A DNA stretch of 31,708 bases from Paraspadella gotoi (taxonomy: Eukaryota > Animalia > Chaetognatha), in contig JBJCIZ010000485.1 in the NCBI GenBank assembly GCA_051294375.1, positions 1-31,708 of the forward strand, given 5' to 3'. Numbering within the stretch: the first letter of the stretch is position 1; every line of letters starts with the position of its first letter. The notes under the pieces are model-generated. The model was not told where the DNA came from, did no database searches, and saw only the letters and a list, made by a program, of their open reading frames with translations. Made by a program: the position numbers and the translations under genes. Positions 22,746 to 31,708 of this stretch are shown in pieces.

Positions 22746-24178
22746 GTTCTTCTTTCTTCCCTCACCCCTCTCCTCCCTTATCTTCTTCTCTCCGCCCGTT
22801 CCTCTTCTCCTTCTCTGGAAAGAAAGAGCAAACGAAAAAACACATTTTCTAACTTCGACTACAAAGTAAGCAAAGTCGGAAAGCGGAAGTTTTCACTCAT
22901 TTTCTTTTTTCGTCTCTTTGTCCAAACTGAAACGCTTAATTTATATATGTTCCTAAACTCCTAATATTTTAAATGGGTGCAGAAAGTCGTTTCCCGTCGG
23001 ACGGGGTGATCATAGTTTTCGCTTGAATCGATTCTTTATATAAAATGCCGATGGTCAAGCCTTTTATAAATAGTAATAATATGGGTAGATTCTGAAAGTT
23101 GTAGGGTCTGAGAAGGGCATCGAGGTGGAGCGCGAGCGGAATTTTCATTTTTTTCATGTATTAAAATGCATTTAAGTTTGAACTGGTTTGACTCCTTCGC
23201 TAACTTGCTCTCGTTAGACCAGCTCGTTTCTTCAACATATAAAAAACCATACTTCATTTTGACTTTATATTATGAAAAGCCCCATGGTTTCTTCTCTCCA
23301 TTGATCTAAAAAAAAAGGTAAAAAATTTGCAAAGCTTGGATTGCTTGTTTTGGTAATCAAATGAACTCCTTTTTTAGCTCAATTTCCCAACGTTCATGCC
23401 TCACGAAGATATGTTCCTCTTTTGAATTACATGTTTAGAAAGTACAGTGGTCTCTACTTTCATTTTTAGGTGGGAGCGCGTAGGCTAATGTTCTAAACGT
23501 TAAATAAATTCCGAAGAAATCAAAGGGTTTTGGCTTCGATAACATTCATATTGGACCCAAACGCGCTAATGACTCTTACCGTGAAATCCTAAAACGAAAG
23601 CATGCCTTTGCGGACGAGCAACCGCCGGCTTCAGAATGAGGATTTTTGTGGCTCGTTTTATTATTGGAAACATCTTTCCCGCTTAACTTTTTTAAAATAG
23701 ACTTTTTTTAAATTATTTAGGGTAAAGTTTGTGTCATTTATCAAGATTATAATAAATTATAATAAAGTATTTTCATAAACATGCAGTAGTCTTCCTTTGT
23801 TTTGAGCGCTTGGACTCGAGCACGTCGGAAGGAGTATGACTATGTTCATTTGTCGTCGTAAGAAAGAGGACTGGAGTGAAAGCGACCCCTCGTCGGATCA
23901 ATGTCTCATCTATTATTGACTAAATGGCCGTTGCTCACAAGACTCATGACAGTTATAGATTTATATAATGGAATTTTCTACATTTGTCTCGAAGCCTTAG
24001 CCCACCAAATAATGCGAGACGATGGAAAAAATAAAACTCCATGACCATAGAATGTAAACATTTTTTTCAATGGCTCTGGGATCTTCATTACAAAGGGGAA
24101 ACGTAAATTCTCCTTATTTAACTGGGCATCGTTGTCGGGCCTTTTGCATTGGAGGATTAATTACACTCCAGAGGTCTA

Positions 24179-25690
24179 CTTGGTGACAATATTACAAGCG
24201 CCGGTAAAAAACGCTGTCATTTTCAAACCCATAAAGATTTTTTAGTCGGATCTGCTTTCAGCAGATCCCAACTCTATAATTCACTTTGTTGGTCCGTCGG
24301 TCCGCCCCCTCAATCTTGTCGGGCATTCACTTATATCATGTCAGAACATCGAATTATGACAAATTATGCCAAAAAAAAAAAAACGATGTCCGTCCGTCCA
24401 TCCCTCCTTAGCAAAAAACTCCAATTACTCGTGATTGGATGGATGGATTGGAATGAAATTTTGTGTGTGGGTAGGGAAGTGTGTGATTGAGCTGGATATG
24501 AAGTTTCGATGGAATCGTCTGAGTGGAAATTATTATGCAATATGCTTCTTTTTCCCTTTATTGTAAATGTAAATGCAAGATGTATTAATTAATAAAATAA
24601 TTAATCAGTTAATTAATCAATTAGTCAATTTATTAATCAATAATTAATTAATCAGTCAATTAATCAATCAAAACAAACATTTCGAATCAAATTAATTAAT
24701 TGTCCAATTAATTAAATAATAAACTTGAATAAATTAATTAATAATTTAACTTGAATAAATAAATTATTAATTAATTAATAATTAACTTGAATAAATTAAT
24801 TATTAATTAAATAATTAACTAATTTATAATTAATTAATAATTAATTAATTAATTAATTACCGATAAATATGGGCAGATCTGACATTGTTTGCTCAAACTT
24901 AATGTTAATTATGAGTCGACTTACCATCGGTAAAAGTAAAAACCAAAACTATTTATATATGCAAATTTTATCAGAATCGACTTTGATATGCCTCAGCAAT
25001 GATAGCTGGAAGATGGATTTGAAAATCTTCTCTGATTTTTAAACACACTTTTTTTAAATTAGATTTTTTTTTTTACTTTCAGCAAGTTTTCTGAAAAAAT
25101 TTGAAATAAAATAATATTATATTTATCTTCTGAAAGCCCTTTAAAATCTAAAGAGAATGACTATTTACGAATACTGCAGTATAAAATTTAATCGGCCCAG
25201 CTTTAATTTAATTAGGATACTCAAAAATGAGACATCTTTTCAAAGTCCAATAGCTGGAGGGAAAATTTAAATTTTTTATCAAATTATAATTGGCTATCTT
25301 AAATCTTTTTTTCTCAGGCTCTTTCATGATACTTATATAAATTTAATAATATTTTATGAAATTATATAAAATATAATACAAAAACAATATAAAAATAATC
25401 CATTCATTTAATAAACAAGCTATCTTGCCCCTGACTTTGGACAGGCTTTGTTATAATAATTTAAACAGGTCATATATTTTTTTAAATATTTTAAATTTTA
25501 GATAATTCACTTTTGATTCTCTAAATTGAACCAAGGCTGGGCAGCTGAATTTTTATGTTAGAGCTTTCGTAAGTATATCATTCTCTTCATATTTTTAAGG
25601 GCTTTCAGAGGATATTAATATTGTTAATATCTTAATAAATATTTTGTTTAAATTTTTTTTTTTACCGGCGCTTGTAAAATTGTTACCATG
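24179..25690. mobile_element. TA-flanked non-autonomous TIR DNA transposon, copy 3, 1512 bp
   Basis: TA (24177-24178)|CTTGGTGACAATATTACAAGCGCCGGTAAAAAA ... TTTTTTACCGGCGCTTGTAAAATTGTTACCATG|TA (25691-25692). Confidence 0.87.
24238..24906 (+). mobile_element. Full-length Helentron-associated non-autonomous element (HINE/DINE-1-like)
   Basis: T-run; 5' subTIR AGTCGGATCTGC (24244-24255) with nearby inverted copy GCAGATCCCAACT (24261-24273); GTCC microsatellite remnants; internal AATT-rich tandem repeats; 3' subTIR GCAGATCTGACA (24873-24884); terminal hairpin ACATTGTTTG-CT-CAAACTTAATGT followed by T. This is the known HINE/DINE-1 architecture. Confidence 0.75.
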
Positions 25691-27345
25691 TATAGGAAAA
25701 CGAAAAACAAGGTTTTTCTTAATGAATTAACGTAAGACTAAGAGGAAGAGAAACAAAACGAAACGGAAGAGGATAATTTCTCAAGGAAAAAAAAAACTTT
25801 TTATTTCATCGCGATCCACTCTAGCCAACAAACCTTGCCTGATGATGATTTCGTCCTAAACAATCTAAGCGGCTCGTCAAAGAGATAGTTCCTTGAGGAT
25901 TCTCACGTATTTTGGGAGGATGGACCAGCCAGTCCTATTTTATGTAAGTAGTACTGAGAGTACTTGCGGATATAATTTAATGATCTGTCTGTCCTATTCT
26001 CATGCAAATGCATAAGTATTTAGTCACACAATAATATTACCGTAATACTGAGGGTCATTTTAAATTTAAATTAGATGGATGCTGTACTACTGTGTGCCCC
26101 AATGGTACTGTCCGTTAACTTTTAAATATCGTGCAGAACTGTGTTGTTAAATCTTATTTCTGATACAACAATGTCAAATATAAGTTCTTACCATTTATGA
26201 TACTATATTTCGAATTTAATTTTTATCTTGTTCCTAAACATTCAACTTATAAGTCATAATTTTTCATTTTTTTTAACTTTAGTTAATTTTATATATATCT
26301 TAAAATATTATTTATTAAAAAAATTATATTAAAAATATTTTAAATTGATATAAATTATTCAAATTATAATTTTGAATAAAATAAGTAAGTACATTTATGA
26401 AAAGAAAATGCATATGTTAAAAAGACCCAAAATTTTTTTAAATATTATGGCAACAGCCGGGTTGCCTGTGATGCCCATTGGGATGGGGAATCTCACTGTT
26501 GGCTTCGGGGGATTAGGATGGTCTCACTTTGACACTTTTATCAAGCATTAATTTTTTCGTAATTTTATATAATTTGAACTGAAAAAATTAACAAAATTTG
26601 TTGGTAAATATGTTTAGTTTGATTTACAGTAAGAGAAAATGAAATTTTAAAAATAAGGAGCTTAAAATACAGCTGGCCCTCCTTTCCTATTCTTATGACA
26701 TGTTATGTTTTGGAGAATTGAATCATTTCCAGTTCAAATCCATCGTCGACATCCGGATCGTTTTCTTTTTTGGTTTAGCCCAGCAAATTCAAAGACAAAT
26801 CCTATCAATATATCTCGCTGTGATAAGAGAAATTAAAGTAGCTGTTAACTAAGTATTTTACGTTTCAATTACGTGTTCAAACATAAATATTACATTAACT
26901 TGCGTCATATCTAGCAAATCTTTCTAATTCAATCAACGAATCGTCTCTGTTCATTCAGAATTAATTACAAAAATTATAAATTTTCCAATGGCAATAGTTT
27001 TTTTTTGATTTCTACTATTACACAAATCTGCAATCCTGTGCTCAAAATTTAATCATGGTGTGAGGCGACTTACCACTAGTCTCTCTCTCGCAGACTGTTC
27101 GTCTATCACACGTCAAAGTTAACAGTTGTATTTGTGATAAACTCTCTTTCGTTAGCATTATTAATTATTTGCATCTAAAAATTATTATTTGCCATGATCT
27201 GCTTAGTCTACAAATTTCATTATTTCATTGTTGTTTATTAATGTCTGTGAACATCTTAAGATAAGATGCGTAGTTCTCACAATTTTTATTGATAGCATAG
27301 GGAGTAGTATTCCGTTAAAATGTTGATTAGTAGCATCAAGTAGCA

Positions 27346-27532
27346 GCCCTAAGACCGCTCGTGCGGCAGGCAAAGTCTCTAATATAGTATCGTGCCCTAA
27401 GACCGCAAGTGCGGCAGGCTTCTTTTTCACCGGAGTAGTACTCCGTAAACTATTGTTAATCGCCCTAAGACCGCTCGTGCGCCCAGCAACGTTTTTCTTT
27501 AAACTATACTAAGCATTGCCCTCAGAGGGCAA
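27346..27532 (+). repeat. Array of three ~24-nt interspaced hairpin repeats plus a degenerate fourth
   Basis: GCCCTAAGACCGC(TC/AA)GTGCGGCAG at 27346, 27394 and 27462; perfect hairpin TTGCCCT-CAG-AGGGCAA at 27516-27532. Copies at 31293-31477 and 19609-19675. Confidence 0.85.
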
Positions 27533-27566
27533 TTCATTANNNNNNNNNNATGAAAAATATTTATTG

Positions 27567-27801
27567 TATGGTGACTAAAATCCACCAACCATTCATCAGC
27601 GGCCATTGGTGCCGGAGGCAAGTCATTCGCCTCCCAACCCAAAGGTCCAGGGTTCTATCCCGGTGGTCGTCTGGCAGTTAAGAGGGACGGGGCGCTTAAC
27701 CCGCCTGTAACATGGTGTTACAGCCTAATCCGAAACTCAGGGACTGTTTATATTGAATGGTTCTGTCATTAACACTTATCAATAATTACTGTCTCTTCAA
27801 T
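27567..27801 (+). mobile_element. tRNA-Gly-derived repeat (SINE-like), most complete copy
   Basis: tRNA-like head 27599-27670 with acceptor stem GCGGCCA/TGGTCGT, A-box-like TGGTGCCGGAGG, anticodon loop CTCCCAA and B-box-like GGGTTCTATCC. Absent from the homologous site at ~16458-16490, which indicates an insertion. Confidence 0.8.
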
Positions 27802-27863
27802 TATATATTAAAAGATTTATAATATAACATTTTTTTAAAAAGGAGTTCAAATTTAAAATTTTA

Positions 27864-29340
27864 GAATAAGTAATATGTCCCAATGGTGCAGTCCATTAAT
27901 AAAAGTTTACAGCTCCTATAACAGATTTAAAAACATTAAATCATTCTCATAAGCGCACAAGTATGACCATTACATAGGTCCTAAAATTTTAAATTTGAAC
28001 TCCTTTTAAAAAAATGTTATATTATAAATCTTTAATATATATTGAAGAGACAGTAATTATTGATAAGTGTTAATGACAGAACCATTCAATATAACAGTCC
28101 TGAGTTTCGGATTAGGCTGTAACACCATGTTACAGGCGGGTTTAAGCGCCCGTCCTCTTTAACTGCCAGACACCACCGGATAGAACCTGGCTTTGGGTTG
28201 GGAGGCGAATGACTTGCCTCCGGCACCAATGGCCGCTGATGAATGGTTGGTGGATTTTAGTCACATACAATAAATATTTTTCATAATATTAATATAATAA
28301 TCTTTTAAATAGTTTCTTAAGATACAAACACAGTAAGAAAAAGCGCCTTTTTTTGCTCTGAACTTTTATAATAAAGTATTCATTATTTAAAAACTATTAA
28401 CTTGTTCTTATTACCTTATTAATAGATTTAATAATAATTTATTGAATAATTAACAACCATTTTAATCTGGCTTAATGATTCAATCTCTCCAACTTCAAAT
28501 AATAAAATTTAAATATCAAAATAATTAGCAATATGGTGGCGGTATATTCACACCGCTCACGTCCATTCATCGTTCAGCCAAATCCATTGGCTCAGAGGGG
28601 AACACACCATCCAGGCGTAATGTTCCATCACACAGTCCTAACGACTTCCCTTGTTGTGTCAAGGTGAGAGAATCATCATAGGGTAAATAGCACTGCGAGG
28701 CGGCATATATGAAAGACGAAGTATGAGACACGAGATTTATGATTGAGGGATATGGGGTTGCGCGTCAAAAACGTTCGGATCGTCGCACTGAATCCTCCGA
28801 AACCAACAGGAGATCGCACATCACCAACAACGATCCACACCGACAATGGCAAGGGGTCAATCACACAACAGCAACATGAGATACACTTCGGCTGTGTGTT
28901 TGCCCATTAATATTTAAAAAATTTGGGGTCTATCTTTATTAACAATATGCATTATCTTCATCATAAGTAACTACTATTTTTAGTTAAATAACAAAAATAT
29001 GACACAATAAAAAAAAATTTGGGAATAATATATCAATTTAAATAACTTTTTATTTTTTTTTTTTTTTTTTTTTAAATAAATAAAATTTTTTTATTTTTTA
29101 TTTTTTAAAAAATAAATAATATTTTAAGGAAATATATATAAAATTAACCTAAAGTTAAAAAAAAAACAGAAAGGAAAAATTTTAGAACGTTATACAAGTT
29201 AATCGTATTAGGAAACAGAAGATAAAATTTCAGTTAAGATCTGCCGAAATAGAAAAAAATGTATCATTAAAAGTGGTAAAGCAACTTTTTATTAATTTGA
29301 GATACTGAATATTGGGTGTAAGAAAATCAACATCGAAGAA
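27864..29340 (-). repeat. Inverted, low-quality version of ~15640-16647
   Basis: Reverse complement matches 16533-16647 (27864-27975) and 16055-16460 (~28285-28670). 28790-28930 is an insertion-riddled version of 26430-26515. Confidence 0.85.
28041..28267 (-). mobile_element. tRNA-derived repeat, inverted copy
   Basis: Reverse complement of 27567-27801 with identical flanks. Confidence 0.8.
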
Positions 29341-29790
29341 AATCAAGNNNNNNNNNNNNNNNNNNNNNNNNNAACTACTAACATGAAAAGTTGCGCTTAC
29401 CTGTCATTAAGTCATATACCAAATTGTTTAATTATTGTATAAATCTTATTTTCAATAAAATATTGTTTTAAATATTTGTTGATTTCCTTGATATGGGGAA
29501 TAGATTAACAAAAATTTGATACAAAACTACGGTGTCATGCCATGTAGTTTCTGTTATTTATACCTTTATTTTTGATATTAAGGTTCATATCCAGTCTATC
29601 TACACTCAGACCACTTGGTAGATGGCATAACAACTTACAACATATTTAAAAGAAATATCAGTCTCAGCAAACTTCTAAAGGTAATTTTCATATTTCAAAT
29701 GTTTATTTTTTATGCATTAAATGAATACTTATTTAATTGTTATAATATGCTTCAAAAAGTAATTAGATTTTTGTTACGAAAATATGACTA

Positions 29791-29914
29791 TATGGTGGAC
29801 TAAAATCCACCAACCGTTCATCAGCGGCCATTGGTGCAGGAGGTAAGTCATTCGCCTCCCATTGAACATTGAACGGTTCTGTCATTAACATATAACAATT
29901 ACTGTCTCTTCAAT
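29791..29914 (+). mobile_element. tRNA-derived repeat, internally deleted copy
   Basis: Same ends as 27567-27801. Deleted from the anticodon (GCCTCCC) to ATTGAACGG, with a duplicated ATTGAAC at the junction. Confidence 0.75.
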
Positions 29915-30090
29915 TAATACTTTATCAGAATCTAATGATTTCTTTATATAATTAGCGCTGCTATTTTGTCAGTAAGGCTCTCCTCAATAACCACTGATTT
30001 CCCTAGTTTGGTAAGGTAGTCGGAATTTTTTCCCTGAACTCCCCATTTGATCTGAAATTTAAAATTAAATTAATTTTTTAAGTTGAAAAT

Positions 30091-30186
30091 TAGGTTAGAG
30101 GTTAGGGTTAGGGAATAGGTTAATGAGTAAGGTTAGGGATTAGGATTTAGGTTAGGGATAACCATTTAGGGTTAGAGGTTAAAGTT
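30091..30186 (+). repeat. Degenerate TTAGGG-like interstitial array
   Basis: taggttagaggttagggttagggaataggtt...gttagggattaggatttaggttaggg...ttagggttagaggttaaag. Confidence 0.85.
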
Positions 30187-31292
30187 AAAAATAAATTTTG
30201 GGAAAAAACGAAAAAGAGGGCATTATTTGAAAGTCAAGGAAAGTATTACTTTTTTTAATCATTTATCGCGACGGCCGGCATTGCGATACAATTCTATTAA
30301 AGTTTACATAATGTTTTTATGACTTGCTCGCCTTCATCAGCCTAAACTATGAAAAAAAGAATAAAAACAATATGTAATATTACTATTATTAGGCAAAATA
30401 TAATGTGCTGATCCCAATTAAATTTAGGACTTGAGAATTACAACGAAGAAAAAGGCTCCAAACGTCATAAGCTGGGCGCATCGTCTTTGCAAACCGCGAT
30501 TTCAAGTTAAATTTTCAAAGTTTGGGCTTGAAATTTTTAATTTTGTAATCAAATCAATGATAATTAGTGTTTATAATTCTGATTTTTAATGCCAAATAAA
30601 TTCCACTTTGTAATTGCAACTTTATGCTACCTTTTATTTTGATAAAATAAATAAGTAAATGCAGTAAATGTTCAAGATTTTAAATTAAAATAGGAGTATA
30701 GAAATGTTTTTGACTGTCTGATCTGATATTGATCAGAGCAGATGTTTATTGTTCCGAGTAAAACATGGTACTTTTATCAAGCATTAATTTTTTCGTAATT
30801 TTATATAAATATTACATTAACTTGCGTCATATCTAGCAAATCTTTCTAATTCAATCATCAACGAATCGTCTCTGTTCATTCAGAATTAATTACAAAAATT
30901 ATAAATTTTCCAATGGCAATAGTTTTTTTGATTTCTACTATTACACAAATCTGCAATCCTGTGCTCAAAATTTAATCATGGTGTGAGGCGACTTACCACT
31001 AGTCTCTCTCTCGCAGACTGTTTGTCTATCACACGTCAAAGTTAACAGTTGTATTTGTGATAAACAGTCTTTCGTTAGCATTATTAATTATTTGCATCTA
31101 AAAATTANNNNNNNNNNNNNNNNNNNNNNNNNTTATTTGCCATGATCTGCTTAGCCTACAAATTTCATTATTTCATTGTTGTTTATAATGTCTGTGAACA
31201 TCTTAAGATAAGATGCGTAGTTCTCACAATTTTTATTGATAGCATAGGAAGTAGTATTCCGTTAAAAATTTGATTAGTAGCATCAAGTAGCA

Positions 31293-31477
31293 GCCCTAAG
31301 ACCGCTCGTGCGGCAGGCAAAGTCTCTAATATAGTATCGTGCCCTAAGACCGCAAGTGCGGCAGGCTTCTTTTTCACCGGAGTAGTACTCCGTAAACTAT
31401 GTTAATCGCCCTAAGACCGCTCGTGCGGCAGCAACGTTTTCTTTAAACTATACTAAGCATTGCCCTAAGAGAGGCAA
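31293..31477 (+). repeat. Second complete copy of the interspaced hairpin-repeat array
   Basis: Repeats start at 31293, 31341 and 31408, with a degenerate fourth at 31462. Spacers are the same as at 27346-27532. Confidence 0.85.
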
Positions 31478-31708
31478 TTTTCTATACTTAAATTTAGTCT
31501 TTTCTTGGCTATAATTTTTTGACCTACTGGTTTTTTAGTTTATTTATGCATATTGTATTAAAAATAAATTATTTCCCTTCTATTTCGTTTACATAGATGT
31601 TATTACTCCTTCGTCCGAGGCTTCTTAGTTAAAATTAATTCTTATGAGGCCCGGATCACGCATACGAGGCTTAGGCTAAATTCGGCTTTCTAAGGATTTG
31701 AACTACGT

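Noticed and set aside
21157-22964. R/E-rich and S/L-rich ORFs
   Set aside because: Translations of (GA)n/(CT)n microsatellites.
27203-27430. Recurrent ORF MKKKPAALAVLGHDTILE (also 31183-31377)
   Set aside because: GTG start, and it arises from the antisense of the hairpin-repeat array. Recurrence reflects block duplication, not coding conservation.
27346-27532. True CRISPR array
   Set aside because: Eukaryotic intron-containing context, no cas genes, only three repeats, uneven spacers that are the same among copies.
27599-27670. Functional tRNA-Gly(CCC) gene
   Set aside because: Poor D- and anticodon-stem pairing, non-canonical T-loop (TTCTA), and embedded in a repeated, insertion-polymorphic element.
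30091-30186. Chromosome end
   Set aside because: Short, degenerate, internal, and flanked on both sides by ordinary sequence in two copies.

Overview
Eukaryotic, very probably metazoan, genomic scaffold of low per-base accuracy. It has pervasive 1-bp indels typical of unpolished long reads and many N gaps. Positions ~1.9-12.6 kb hold a compact cluster of five intron-containing or frameshift-broken genes, all on the minus strand: the 3' end of an MTMR3/4-type myotubularin (FYVE domain), NUDT18, BCKDHB, EAF1/2, and an unidentified long coiled-coil protein. Coding-region introns are ~70-115 nt. Positions 1-1.86 kb and 12.65-31.7 kb are AT-rich and repeat-dense, and consist largely of 2-3 redundant, partly inverted and partly N-masked versions of the same block, most likely uncollapsed haplotypes or reads. 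That block contains a TA-flanked TIR element with a nested Helentron/DINE-1-like element, a structured tRNA-Gly-derived repeat, a short array of interspaced hairpin repeats, TTAGGG-like repeats and probable decayed LINE fragments. I see no convincing novel protein-coding system. The most unusual signals are non-coding: the structured tRNA-derived element, a 22-bp hairpin between BCKDHB and EAF, and the interspaced hairpin repeats. Protein identifications are from recalled family motifs, not database searches.
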